DNA of 64,000 bases, taken from NCBI GenBank assembly GCA_934149405.1, contig CAKPEV010000002.1, positions 194,489 to 258,488 of the forward strand, read 5' to 3'. A program made the position numbers and the translations under genes. Origin of the DNA: an uncultured Clostridia bacterium. GTDB taxonomy: Bacteria; Bacillota; Clostridia; TANB77; UBA1234. The notes beneath the pieces are model-generated. The model had not been told where the DNA came from and ran no database searches. It was given only the letters and a program-made list of their open reading frames with translations. This document shows positions 15,001-22,100 of the stretch, piece by piece (the stretch's first letter is position 1; each line of letters begins with the position of its first letter).

Positions 15001-16225
15001 ATTATACGTGCCAAATGGATGTGAAGATGCTTACAAGGAAATATTAAGTGGCGACACGGATGCTAGCAAGATTAAACCAATTATCGAACCAATAGGCAAG
15101 ACTGAAGTTGGTATGCTTGTTGGAACATCATATGAAGAGCAAAATTACACGGTTGCAGGCTTTGGAATAGAAGATGCAAAATACTACATGGCATATGGTT
15201 ATGATGTTGAAGTAAGCGGAGATGTAAATACAAACGAATGTGGAATATATAAAGTTGAATACATTTTGACTAGAACATATACTGATTCAAACGGAGCTAC
15301 AAAAGAGGAAAGCTATACAGCAACAAGAACGGTATATGTATATGATTCACCGATAGTACATTTGCATGAGAATAATAAACCTTACTACGGCGATTGGACA
15401 AATCAAGATGTAGTAGCTATTATGACTATCTTATCACCACAAACAACATGGGTATCCGTTAAGGTTGAAAACGGTGATTGGACCGAAGAACCGTCATACG
15501 CAGATATTGTCAAGAGCGGAGAGCAGATGGTTGTGACGTTCCATGAGTCATTAAACGGAAAAGTTTACTTCAAGGAAGTTGATGTAACCGGAAATGCGAC
15601 AACATATCAATCAAAGCCAAGCATAATAAAGATAGACAAGGAAAAACCAGTAGTACAAGATATGACAGCAAAAACAATAGACGGAGTAATTAAGTTAGAA
15701 GCGAAAGTCTTTGATAGTCTAAGTGGAATTGCGAAGTACTCAATAATGCAAAGTGGCGAGACACAAATAGCATGGAAGGAATATGATAGAACTGACGGCA
15801 AGATTGAAGAGATATTGCCAAGCTCAGGTACATATTATCTATGGTTAAAAGATGTAGCTGGAAATGTATCAAATGGAGATTATATGAACGTTATAAAAGA
15901 CGTTGAAGCACCAAAAGGCACAATAGATATAATACCAACGAATGTGGTAAGCGGAGACAAGTACACAAATCAAGACACAGTATTAATAAACTTAAACGTA
16001 ACAGATAATCAGACAGAACAAGCAAGAATAATGTATGCACTTTATAACGAGGAAGACTACGAACAAGTAAAAGCAGGAACAAAAGAAATAGAGTGGAAAC
16101 AATATACACCAACAGTTACATGGACATTAAAAGAACCACAAGGAATCAATGTAATTTACGCAGTATTCAAAGACACAGCAGGCAACATCACAATGACAAA
16201 AGGAGCAGCAGTACAAAAACCATAA
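2..16225 (+). CDS. giant repetitive cell-surface protein (DUF285/BspA-type LRR, Ig-like/Big_2, beta-helix-like modules), 5'-partial at window edge
   Basis: Single uninterrupted frame (ORF track 26..16225). Codons 2..25 in the same frame (ata ccg act aat ggc gta atc aca) contain no stop, so the ORF runs off the 5' edge. The apparent N-terminus has no signal peptide and looks like a mid-protein Ig-like module. The translation shows about 11 recurrences of Y-x-[ST]-[IL]-Q-x-A ... LDLNGK modules and Big_2-like segments (nt ~9120-9385 and ~11510-11760). It also shows KD-x-AGN Ig-like modules and two 26-residue repeat blocks (nt ~13030-13200 and ~14021-14885), each preceded by WGDG..THTY. Confidence 0.85.
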   Translation: MPTNGVITLKLEYKKDKNVNRYEDMAAIKNLIFTPILPSNGNVIINNGAEYTSAATVDLRIYVEDATYMYITESNQKPSVNSTEWLPLLERTTYTLKDLKDGEKTIYVWFKNDSNAMSIEPAKATIKLDNSAPTNEAPTVESTATEIKIKLNQKDENEFVLTEYGYRLVGTTDFTWSGNVNSGEHTMAGLTPMKEYEVVTRVSDGINDVVESEITKVKTKIPSDKIVIESSPSEKTLNNVIVTITWNNSEGYTQEYSLDGINYTKETDTVTTIEMPKNGIIYYQMNDGTYDTGVQKYIVGNIDREGPVVEVAEVVSPKSGKYGIGDEITLKITWNEEIYASELPKLNIKFNDDVNIPLTAKYKTTNEIVYKYTIRAEDNGSLQIISLEGGEVKDSLQNIATYTLPAQTGSEIYAENAAYIAATNTYYATIQNAVNAAGTEPTTITVTANTELRNTVIIKEGQNITLDLNGKTVSIKNESSIVTAIENSGTLVIKDSTNTDSKITAYSEERSAYTIINNNTGRLTIENGKVEAVSNTKSIALKSYGIYNKEAGVITLGKDDGTVLREIPEIKAKAKNGIGIKLVDANGRLYYCDGTIKGTSDSLQLASGAAAYIIPTGYMEKVEKQVEEYGLYTVSYLSNENTVELTVDGKSERYLTLIDALSRVPKDGRLSKIKMLANDTLMQVAKIYEGQNVELDLNGYTITRNEAIDGVIYAILNNGTLKITDTKTEAPGKIEAISQEDVKVYAVYNYKNGTITLDNVKLFAKNAGENEAFGFDYTGDTTSIVNLGNVKIYRDTLEKDKKYLNPIGVYLLEGQYLKQDTEIVEGITYKVNYGAETPNVSLTVNGETTYYNSIQQAVNAAPTDGTTGEIKVLADEELYTFLNVDSTKNISIDLNGKTITAQNVVQAIQNDGDLIIKDTSANEEGIIKLTNINDAYGIKQGSKLLQIDSGTIMATSTNNIIIGVQAIRTTNQQATIVINGGKLKAMANGTYILSGMTMNNNGEIQSGKVNLPKGKHLTYMAEENYVTNYLEDGEVVATLEQNGVFTNYASIQDAVAAVVADGTKAKITMYENESLGRQIDIASGKNVELDLNGKEIYFGRTPVLIKNYGDIAINDSSNGEGKLTAVANARNGQVINNSGSGTVTINAGVISSKADVTFTTIYNTSTGNIIINGGKISGFLKTSEGRLIGNDGTGTIQINSGEITSNRNVLILNWKNGNIEINGGNIKANGNIVENKASGTITINGGNLTSIKATGIVNGGNGNIELNGGTINVELASGIVNGSTGNVIVNSGNIKISGGNHVIWNGNMGNVYVYGGELDAGNDGTGINNTSKGKIIIGKDDGIVLSEPVIIGRYAINQRALGSEVYYYDGILKGTDVNVVYPANTQFKSNETPTEKYYLIMTIDDAYLSYTREDSFNVISYSKEANYELSYIENGQNIVKLYSTLKTAIKGTPENITTKIKLLKDTEETAFVEITKNQSIILDLNGKELKIMNTPGVTWRTQGIVNSGTLQVVDKSAERTGIIKGYDSDSVIELIQQYCTGGTFILGEDDGTVNIDSPIIFSEGEAINNIASTFKMYDGKIIGRRVIHGNGSSKYEVPEGYMRKDVLSSDGVYWVEYLVKKEGITIVPETEAWTNKDLNVDIFYSNSNYKNQYKIGNGEWQTATLTNNVIKVATQENCTIYARSLDSNSNVIYSGEYEVTNIDKVVPTIENITATSAKATSQTITFSVNDNASGVVAYVLTMDATKLLDDAKWIESSGETITDKVNKNGTWYVFVKDAAGNISNSASVVVTNIDTEFPIVSNIEVTSPVTGHYFENDEITLKVNFSENIVVKEMPILKIKFGNGEVREITTGTAGASTITCKYQIQMADEGDLTLVDLEGGDIEDEVGNKYQKTEIELIGYKISVGARVYVVETNTYYRTLQEAIGSCSKTATEYTTIKLVKDNEYIEEDSILVSLGQKVKIDLNGKALKITDVKAGVIYGGDSTTKGNQKGIINQGDLIITDTSELKTGSIDATGNGNMVITIKNENTGKLKIIDCANFEGSYAVYNEGTSSLTIENSTIIGRIRGVHSEGASNIEIKDSFIESTSTEYGTWAMYIKNKDAKIIVNNSEFKGRQSGINICDGMKVNSDGTAQTGMFNIPQNKYIAYKVEDGDVVNYLADGEAIVELELNGETTKYNSIYDAIAVVPTDNTLAKIKLVQNQNLWKDVKIANGQNIEIDLNGKEIYVQFLYQARLIENNGNIKVIDSLNGEQGRIKNYAPGSGITTYGIYNNGTGTAELASGTIDVEVENGRSSGLYNATTGTIILSGGTIYTKANVYAQGLHDLGKGGSTKITGGKVYSSGTGLLVENSSTTLIFKSGEIGAIQSTMNIPSAMSINNSGSYENGKVNIPQNMHIAYKMEDKYIVNYLTAGSKVATLEVNGTVTEYGSIYDAVAASPTDGTYAKITLYENEIISKKLEILARQNIEIDLNGKELVGKNYINNNGDLIISDTSEEQTGKINVDSQYVIYNQGTGTVELKSGLLGAYTNIYTPRYGIHNNSTGTVKMSGGKINIETTHWSYCIYNASNGRVEFTNGEMVNNNGLDGGGIYNKNGVVVMNGGTMYPVYKGIQNENNGTVEINGGTIVTTKYEPVINKGTGDVVINNGLLKVIETCYAKTINNASTASITINGGIFSARGADGIINFGNKGTLNINGGKFINTSHSTMFNPTNRVVDLPENTYLKVSYTKSGDSHVYIGELDTAGDYELTTQDGTITYYNTLQEAFNAVPTNGTLSKIKLLTDCELSETVRVENSRKVQLDLNGHKIKYYSTVKEVIALRNTSGQVFEIVDTSGDGLIDVKAEGYNAYAIYNNSSSGKIRIISGKIQVTSIGGDAYGIYTQNGLSKEVGNEAIRVEGGSISAKSEVGTNSAVSGKAYGVYNRQYGAVCITGKDTMISATSALNESYGVYNADASAATVPVTIGEKDGIVSTTSPYIAGETAGIYITKTKSTSIYDGAITGKAGGAIKTSTTGNATEIVSDTESNTFVYTKSNNDGTETVMLLKNIQSLNVKPSAILSNNLNTDYTLEISYMPADAAEVRLDVESSDVNIAVVNEIEEGIYSVRTKGEGSGEITITATDLSDKTLTQTVKLLVDTVAPTTTAPTATSTGSSVTITCNQEDENIDKNEIYYAISEDGVTWSSWSKRATINGLKADTLYKIKTKASDLLGNTAESEISEIRTKLANNSKFTFNPDTMTKENVVVTITWNNPQKTPQYYKVGEGEWTLETNETTQVTIEENGTTIYTKLIYDGTEESDIKSATVDNIDRLAPTGTLAINEAYPRYDGYVTLKITGIDDASTVGDGLGTIAYMYITEENLSEAPAEDDEGWIKYEGDHDAYDYYIQKGEGEVSIYLWLMDKAHNTSNALVATTEFIPPVAVLFEDDNLVGEYQSIAEAYNAARTGSTSPSTIIVCQDTTITATLNIATNKNIILDLNGKTVSSTIAILIYNKGNLELIDSQKGGKIVGTCTNNEIRIIKNEKNLTVKAGRLEILRTTKVSRKVMAIENTGNSAVLNMAGGEIYVEIVSDFGYGIYNDSRYTNGVSSKVTNTNIEVVSKDVAEVFGIWSMSNGSVEVENTKISATSVNAGAGAIKKTGNGDIKLLSGSYMGSSSKSTGYGVLLNNATNTVTIGTNDGIVRDEQVSIYGNTYGLYRSTGKFNFYDGTIKGADGKSIYCDFANINTPAQYGIIKTTSDGIETAKLSLDSIAPTIGSIEITNDLNVYKQTISVKNVEDFGFGIVAYRFSNSMTVPTKANTDWTYIDATNGPIDFSYEVTKNGEYYFWAMDMAGNISNTASVTAENIKIKVTGITASNINAEVGAETQITVTLSPTGSEAANIIYKATDETIVHVNAETGVVTGLKEGNTEITVTAVNYDGTSVTGTLTVTVTDPNKEPVESTKTAPTLVAGYKKITATCNQTGENITNTYYAISSDGENYLAWQESNVFENLETGKVYYVKTKIVTTEGETESVAAIIAVPTYTAKLEQSGTVTYYKDVQEAMDNANVSGAKITMLENETRASEITVASGKNIVLDLDGHEVNILGTSSSKLYGVTNKGTIKITDSKETGKLLVSSTNAEAVYGIYNDGGTVELDKIEIEVAKTNGAETSYAIYNNSGVTTVGDNTTAVSTSKPKLTSTGYGLYSVSGTLNYYDGVIIAEKGKTTNGIINLVSGYKITTENLGTQDKSYLTELKVDLSTAMIMEWQVPANTEITLPISNGENVDIVVDYGDGNVEWVKGETFPKHTYQTAGTYQIKISGTLSDFGNYSESEITAGSNYYTFANYMTKLSKWGDLGASRYGFANCKNLNYVDNKPTRSTFKNVKDMSDMFYGCTSLKTLDLSNYSITNVTNMQNMFNKMTSIESMQVSNQFVVVANSNGIFDNTNSLKAIIVSNKIPKAGAFTNVKDSLSSNVKFYVPTEEAYEKSWANDFGKERIEPILQLVGKTPIRANINETYQDAGYLVAGFEMEKAELYNCYGYTVTMLNTIDTSKEQTQTLTYRISRTYQSGAETIQEDLMDVTREIKVVDLDKYMITEWNVSGDAGLEITLPVSGTGLNIIVDWGDGTEETITQEYPTHTYAKAGVYEIAVMGNCPEWGYKESTSIGNQSKYYTYTQYLIGIKQWGELNATRYGFSKCINLKYVHGNATTNTFLKLNDMTRMFCDCKSLQELDLSFINSSNVTCMHGVFAGCTNLKSINLDTLNTNKVNDMSNMFSGCNSLKDLDLKNFDTSNVKYMYTMFYDCKSLTKLDISNFVTNNVVGMTGMFKQCRNLVELNLTSIDTSNVTSMFQMFNACNSLKELDLSNFNTSKVTSTNDMFYDCRSLEKLDISNFDTSNVTNMYDMFCGCKSLKELDVSSFDTSKVDNMMSMFANCSSLERLNISNFNTSNVTAMNGMFRGCSKVETLNLKNIELANVKSMNEMFAGCTKLKSILTSEKFVISGDTTDMFNNCPNLTAVITTSTTPVANQFKGQLPTGTSLYVPNGCEDAYKEILSGDTDASKIKPIIEPIGKTEVGMLVGTSYEEQNYTVAGFGIEDAKYYMAYGYDVEVSGDVNTNECGIYKVEYILTRTYTDSNGATKEESYTATRTVYVYDSPIVHLHENNKPYYGDWTNQDVVAIMTILSPQTTWVSVKVENGDWTEEPSYADIVKSGEQMVVTFHESLNGKVYFKEVDVTGNATTYQSKPSIIKIDKEKPVVQDMTAKTIDGVIKLEAKVFDSLSGIAKYSIMQSGETQIAWKEYDRTDGKIEEILPSSGTYYLWLKDVAGNVSNGDYMNVIKDVEAPKGTIDIIPTNVVSGDKYTNQDTVLINLNVTDNQTEQARIMYALYNEEDYEQVKAGTKEIEWKQYTPTVTWTLKEPQGINVIYAVFKDTAGNITMTKGAAVQKP

Positions 16226-16267
16226 AATTAAATTAAGCAAACTTGCATAAAAAGCAAAAAAATAAAA

Positions 16268-16314
16268 TCCAGATATATTCGGAACACAAAAACGAATGTA
16301 TCTGGATGTTTTTT
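16268..16314. terminator. bidirectional intrinsic terminator between the convergent giant gene and fic
   Basis: 14-bp stem tccagatatattcg (16268-81) / cgaatgtatctgga (16293-306) with one mismatch, followed by TGTTTTTT. An A-rich run upstream could serve the minus strand. Confidence 0.7.
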
Positions 16315-17362
16315 ATATATTCTTAATATATCTTGCATTTCTGCCACTGCCGATTATTTGTATTAAATCTTCTCTAACCATTGCACCGAGTACAGTTTCA
16401 ACAGTTGATGGACTTACATCTGGAAGAAGGCTACATATTTCAGCTTTAGAGATAGGTGTTAAATTGTTTAATACAATTGCTTCAATTCTTGCCTTTTTGG
16501 TGATTCTATTACCATTTACAACATTAAATCTTTTATCAAGTTCTTTGTAGCACATATAAAGTGTTGCTAGAAAGTTTTGAATGAAAGGAATATAAGTGTT
16601 TTCATTTGTGTCCCAAGCTACGGACGATTGCTTTAGCGAGTCGTAATAATATCCTTTAGAATTGTTTATTTGTTCTTCGAAAGAAACATATTTTCCAGCA
16701 TCAAAACCATTTTTATATAGTAAAAGTAATGATAATAAACGAGACATTCTTCCATTACCATCTTTGAAAGGATGTATGCATAAAAAATCAAGAATAACGC
16801 ATGGTATTAGTAGCAATTGATTGATGTTAGAATTGTTACTTGCATCCATATATGCAAGTACAAGCTGTTGCATTGCTTTTGGAGTATCTTTGGCAGAAAC
16901 AGGTTTAAATCTTACTTTTCTGTTTCCTTCACTATCTTCTTCAATGATTAAATTATCTTCTGTTTTATATTTACCAGCATATTCATATCCGCCATACATC
17001 ATCATTGTTTCGTGCAATCTTAAAATCGTATTTTCGTTAAAATTCATATTATTATAATGTAAATGGATTTGGTTTAATGCATCTCTATATCCTGCTATTT
17101 CTTGCTCATTATGGTTCAAAGGCTCACTGCTTTGATTTACTATTTGGTTTATACGTTCATCACTTGTAATGATACCCTCTATTGCGTTTGAACTCTTAAC
17201 AGATTGAACTTTTGCAATTTTTTCTAGCTCGGTAAATATTTTTTGATATTCATCTTTTTTTATTTCTGCACCTGTTTTTAAAGAGTATATAGTACTTGTT
17301 AAATTTATTAAATTTGCTGGCAATAAGCCGTTATCAAGGAAAGAATAATCAAATCTTCTCAT
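16313..17362 (-). CDS. Fic family protein (AMPylase-type, with intramolecular inhibitory motif) and C-terminal winged-helix-like domain
   Basis: 349-aa ORF with the canonical Fic motif HPFKDGNGRMSRLL (HxFx[DE]GNGRxxR). The upstream SNAIEG matches the inhibitory [ST]xxxE[GN] motif. GGAGG Shine-Dalgarno (minus strand, 17373-17369) lies 6 nt before the ATG. Confidence 0.9.
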   Translation of the reverse strand: MRRFDYSFLDNGLLPANLINLTSTIYSLKTGAEIKKDEYQKIFTELEKIAKVQSVKSSNAIEGIITSDERINQIVNQSSEPLNHNEQEIAGYRDALNQIHLHYNNMNFNENTILRLHETMMMYGGYEYAGKYKTEDNLIIEEDSEGNRKVRFKPVSAKDTPKAMQQLVLAYMDASNNSNINQLLLIPCVILDFLCIHPFKDGNGRMSRLLSLLLLYKNGFDAGKYVSFEEQINNSKGYYYDSLKQSSVAWDTNENTYIPFIQNFLATLYMCYKELDKRFNVVNGNRITKKARIEAIVLNNLTPISKAEICSLLPDVSPSTVETVLGAMVREDLIQIIGSGRNARYIKNI

Positions 17363-17376
17363 ATAGTACCTCCTTT

Positions 17377-17497
17377 TTCTGCATATATTTTATCTTTTTA
17401 TATGCAGAAAGTCAATATTATTCTGCACATATTTTGCGGTTTTATATGCAGAAAGCCGATATTATTCTGCATATATTTTGCGATTTTATATGCAGAA
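17377..17497. promoter_or_regulatory. three phased palindromic operator-like sites (TTCTGCA[TC]ATA-N11-TATATGCAGAA)
   Basis: Palindromes lie at 17377-17409, 17421-17453 and 17465-17497. Each has 11-bp arms and an 11-nt spacer, and start-to-start spacing is exactly 44 bp. They sit in the fic-prfA divergent intergenic region. Confidence 0.7.
17387..17415 (-). promoter_or_regulatory. putative sigma-A promoter of fic
   Basis: The minus strand reads TTGACT (17415-17410), 17 nt, TAAAAT (17392-17387). It overlaps palindrome 1 of the operator-like array. Confidence 0.5.
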
Positions 17498-17595
17498 AGG
17501 CAAAAAACAACCCCCATCCACCTAGCGTGGCTTTTGCCTATATTTTAGCTGTTTGTTGAATTTTGTGGAATTTTTCTGTACTAAGCCAGAGAGCC

Positions 17596-17624
17596 TTGCA
17601 TATTTTGGTATTTTGTAATATAAT
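17596..17624 (+). promoter_or_regulatory. putative sigma-A promoter of prfA
   Basis: TTGCAT (17596-601), 17 nt, TATAAT (17619-24), about 38 nt upstream of the prfA ATG. Confidence 0.55.
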
Positions 17625-17661
17625 ACTAGTCTAGAATATTATGTTTAAAGGTGGATAAATT

Positions 17662-18720
17662 ATGTTTGATAAATTAGAAAATGTTGAAAAGCGTTACGAA
17701 GAGCTTAATGCCAAGATTAGTGACCCTGAGGTTATTGCTAATCAAAATGAGTGGAAAAAGCTTATGAAAGAGCATGCAGATATTGAAGAAATCGTTGAAA
17801 AATACAGAGAATACAAGAAAATCGTTCAAAGTATCGATGAATTAAAAGAGATGCTTAACGATAAGGAAATGCACGATTTGGCTCAAATGGAGTTGGATGA
17901 GAATAAAGAAAAGTTGCCTAAAATTGAGGAAGAGTTGAAGCTTTTATTAGTTCCAAAAGACCCTAACGATGATAAGAACGTTATCATGGAAATTAGAGGC
18001 GGTGCAGGTGGAGAGGAATCTTCTTTATTTGCTGCTGATTTATTTAGAATGTACTCTATGTATGCTGAAAGAAAGAGATGGAAATTTGAAGTTTTAAATA
18101 TGAATGAAACAGAGCTTGGCGGAATTAAAGAGGCTACTATCATGATAACTGGTAAAGGTGCATATAGCAGACTTAAGTTCGAAAGTGGCGTTCACAGAGT
18201 TCAAAGAGTTCCTGATACAGAGTCTAGCGGAAGAATACATACTTCAACTGCTACGGTTGCGGTTCTTCCAGAGGTTGATGACGTTGAAGTTGAAATCAAT
18301 CCTGCAGACTTAAAAGTTGATACTTTTAGATCTAGCGGTGCTGGTGGACAACATATTAACAAGACTGAATCGGCTATAAGAATTACACATATACCAACTG
18401 GTGTTGTTGTTGAATGCCAAACAGAGCGTTCACAAATTCAAAACAGAGAAACTGCTATGAAGATGCTTCGTTCTAAGCTTTACGAGGCTGAACTTGAGAA
18501 GCAAAACAGCGAGCTTGCTTCTGCAAGAAAGAGCCAAGTTGGTAGTGGAGACCGTTCTGAAAAGATTAGAACATACAACTTCCCGCAAGGTAGAATTACA
18601 GACCATAGAATTGGACTAAGCATGTTCCAAGTTGATGAGTTTTTAAATGGCGGTCTTGACGAGATGATTGATGCACTTAATGCAGCAGATAGAGCAGCTA
18701 AGTTGTCTGAGGAAGATTAA
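17662..18720 (+). CDS. prfA: peptide chain release factor 1
   Basis: 352 aa with GGQ motif ([14 protein letters not shown]) and RF1-type P-x-T tripeptide (RVPDTES) followed by [15 protein letters not shown]. An AAAGGTGGA Shine-Dalgarno precedes the ATG. Confidence 0.95.
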   Translation: MFDKLENVEKRYEELNAKISDPEVIANQNEWKKLMKEHADIEEIVEKYREYKKIVQSIDELKEMLNDKEMHDLAQMELDENKEKLPKIEEELKLLLVPKDPNDDKNVIMEIRGGAGGEESSLFAADLFRMYSMYAERKRWKFEVLNMNETELGGIKEATIMITGKGAYSRLKFESGVHRVQRVPDTESSGRIHTSTATVAVLPEVDDVEVEINPADLKVDTFRSSGAGGQHINKTESAIRITHIPTGVVVECQTERSQIQNRETAMKMLRSKLYEAELEKQNSELASARKSQVGSGDRSEKIRTYNFPQGRITDHRIGLSMFQVDEFLNGGLDEMIDALNAADRAAKLSEED

Positions 18721-18896
18721 TTATTTACGACAGAACGATTATAAAAAGCTTAATGCCATGCGATTAGATTTTTAGTTTAACTTAAGTAGAAGAAATTTAT
18801 TATTAAATAAATTCACTTAATAATTTGGTTGCTATTCACAACAAGATACACTACGGCAACAAGGCTTTTGAAAAATGAAAATATAATGTTACAGAA

Positions 18897-18934
18897 ATGT
18901 TACAAGTAAATTAACATACTTGTAACATTTTTTT
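18897..18934 (+). terminator. intrinsic terminator-like hairpin downstream of prfA (also part of a conserved upstream region of the next gene)
   Basis: 12-bp AT-rich stem atgttacaagta (18897-908) / tacttgtaacat (18917-28) followed by TTTTTT. A homologous hairpin lies at 29401-29437. Confidence 0.5.
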
Positions 18935-19051
18935 AATGCAAAATTAACAAAGTATGTTTTTGAGATTTTCTAAAAATTAGAGTGCGTACTTCCGTAATTT
19001 GTGAGGCATTAAAAATGCCACGAAAGCACTCAAACACGTGAGTTTGTCCGC

Positions 19052-19079
19052 TGGACAGTTCTTTAATTTATATTATAAT
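19052..19079 (+). promoter_or_regulatory. putative sigma-A promoter of the 2,537-aa surface protein gene
   Basis: TGGACA (19052-57), 16 nt, TATAAT (19074-79). The position and flanks are homologous to the promoter at 29555-29583. Confidence 0.5.
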
Positions 19080-19115
19080 AAAAAGCAAAGATAACTCTCG
19101 AAAGGGGACTTACGA

Positions 19116-22100
19116 ATGAAAAGAAAATCGATATTTCTAGTTGGAGCTATGATGTTAATATTTGGAGGTAGCACGGTTTCTCTGCGAAACAAAGTTTTAG
19201 CGACTGAAAGCGGAAGTGTAGAAAGCGTATCTATAACGCAGGAATGTACACACGAGAAGTTAAAGTACATATATGCAGGTCTAACACATAGCATTGAATG
19301 CGAAGAGTGTGGGGAAGACTTGGAAAGTGAAACGCATATCGACAAGGATAATGATATGCGTTGCGACGCATGCCTTGCAAAGCTTTCAGCAGTTGCTCCA
19401 ACTACTGCCGAGGGTTATGTTAGTAGCAATCTAACATTGGATGACAAAATTAAAATATCGATTAAAGCAAACAGAGATGAAGTTAATGGAATTTCAGTTT
19501 CTGCTTGGTATGGCAAGAGTCCCCTTGAAAAACTAGAACAAGGAGTTGACGAGGAAGGAAAAACGTATTACAAAGGTTCGACATATTCTATAAAGGCTGA
19601 ATACAACGAAAATACGGCTTGCTATGAGGCAGATGTCAATTTTTCAGACGTTAATGGAAAGGACGGCAAGTACTATTTTGATGCACTTATATTTGGAAAA
19701 ACTGGCTCTCAAAGATATGTGAGATTGTCTGTTGTAGAATACGTAAAAAACGGTATTTCAACAGTTTCAACTTACAGAAATACTGATGGAACGTTAGATG
19801 TTTCTATAAAAGCGGTTGAAGGCGGAGAGATATACATTGCAAAGAATGGAGAAGAACCAACAGACGAATCGAACTGGGTATCGTATAATCCAAATCAAAT
19901 ATATACAGTTCAAGATGAGAATATAGAGGTAAAAGAAATTGGCGTTTATTACAGAGCACTTACTGCAGCAGGTGCAGTTATGAAAGCACCTACTATATTG
20001 AGAGCACCGTCGGCAAGTGATTCTAAAACAATGGTTACAGAATGGACAATACCAAACGCAAATACAGAAGTAATATTGCCAATACAAGGCGTAGGAATAA
20101 ATGTTACGATTAACTGGGGTGACGGAACAACAGCGCAAATAACTAGCGAATTCCCAACCCATACATATACTACTGCTGGAACATATGATGTAACTATGAC
20201 AGGAACGTGTCCAGTATTTGGATATACTGGAATGAATGCGCCAGCTACAACGAGTGAATTCTATACGTTTACACAATATCTAACAGGTGTAAAACAATTT
20301 GGAGAACTTTCTGCTACAAGATATGGATTCTCAAATTGTGGCAAACTTCAATATGTTTCAGGAGATGCAACAGAGAATACATTTGCAAATGTAACAGATA
20401 TGAGCAATATGTTTGCATATTGTGATAGATTAGCTAGTCTTGACTTAAATGGATTTGATACAAGTAATGTTACAAATATGTCTGGAATGTTTTGGGTTTG
20501 TATGAGACTAACAGAAATTGATATTTCTACATTTGATACTTCGAATGTAACTAATATGGAAAGAATGTTTAGTACATGTAACGCATTAAAAAAGGTGATA
20601 GTAACAGGACTAGATACTTCAAATGTTGTTAGGTTTGGAAGTATGTTTAGTTCTTGCAATAAACTAGAAGAAATTGATTTGACCGCTTTTAATTTTTCTG
20701 TTGCAAAAGATATTTCTAATATGTTTTCATATTGTAATAGCCTGGAAAAAATAGATACAAGTTGTATTAGATTAGGAAGCAATTGTAATGTTGGAGGAAT
20801 GTTTGGTAATTGCGCAAAAATAAAGAGTTTGGATTTATCTTTCATAGATTCTGAAAAAGTAACAAACCCTGATAGATTACTTTACAAAGCATCATCACTT
20901 GAAACAATTATCATTAATAAGAAATTTCCAGCAGGTGCCACCGACATTTTCACAGGTACTACAAATTTAAAGAAGATTATATTAACAGATGCCACACCTA
21001 CGATAGACCAATTTGCAACTGTTAAGGATGATATACCAAATGTAACTTTCTATGTCCCTGGTGAAAATGCTGAAACGGCGTATGAGTCGGCTTGGTCAAG
21101 CGATTTTTCAGTGGATAGAATAAGACCTATCTTAGAGTTGGCAGGAGATAAAGAAATAACAATAGGAACATATGAGGATTATGATACAGAAGATTATTTA
21201 GTTATGGGCATAGATGTTTCAAATTCTGGAGATTATATGACTCTTGGATACAACGTTGAACATAACTCAACGGTTGTTAGTGATACGCCAGGCACGTATG
21301 AACATGAGTACATTTTAACAAGAACGGTTGATGGTGTGAAAACAACAATTATGTCTGTTAAGAAAATTGTTACGGTAGATAAAAAAGCCATAACTGCACC
21401 AGATAAGTTTAAGGCCTCTCAACATGCTGATACAAGAATCATAACTTTAACATGGCAAAAACATAAAGATCCAAACGCAAAATACGAATTATCATATAAA
21501 AATACAGAAGGCACATGGGAGATTTTATCTACAACTGCTGATACGCCATATTTGCACAAGGGATTAAGTCCTAACCAAACATTTGAGTACAGATTAAGAG
21601 CTTATGATGATATAAGTTATAGTAGTTACACATATACACAAGGTTCAACAAAGCCTAATATAATCTCTGGCGACACAGTTTTGGATACAGTTAAACCAAT
21701 AATTAATTTCATTTCATATGCACCATTAGACAAGTATTCTAGAATAGGAAAGAGTTTTGAAATTTTATTTAGTGTTACAGATAATAATTATTATAGTGCA
21801 TATAATAAAACTTCTGGCGATACAATAAAAATTATGATTGGAGATAAAACGGTTCCGGCAAATGCAATATCAATAATAAAAGAAACAATAACAAGTGGAG
21901 AAAATGTAAAAGTAGTAGTTAATAAAATGCCTAATATATCAGCATCAGGAGAGATTAAACTTGTTATACCAGCAGACACGATTAAGGATAAAGCTTTAAA
22001 TGGAAACATCGAAATGGAATATGAAACACCTGTAATATATGTAAATTCTAATATAACAACAGATGCTCCAGATGTTGAAATTGAATATAATAAGGCAACA

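Noticed and set aside
16296-17559. Small plus-strand ORFs 16296-16550, 16821-17057 and 17296-17559.
   Set aside because: The first two are antisense to fic. The third reads through the palindromic operator array and has a low-complexity translation.
17662-19115. prfA is not followed by prmC/hemK, as it is in many bacteria.
   Set aside because: Synteny of prfA-prmC is common but not universal, and prmC may lie elsewhere. This is noted only as weak support that the downstream giant gene is an insertion.
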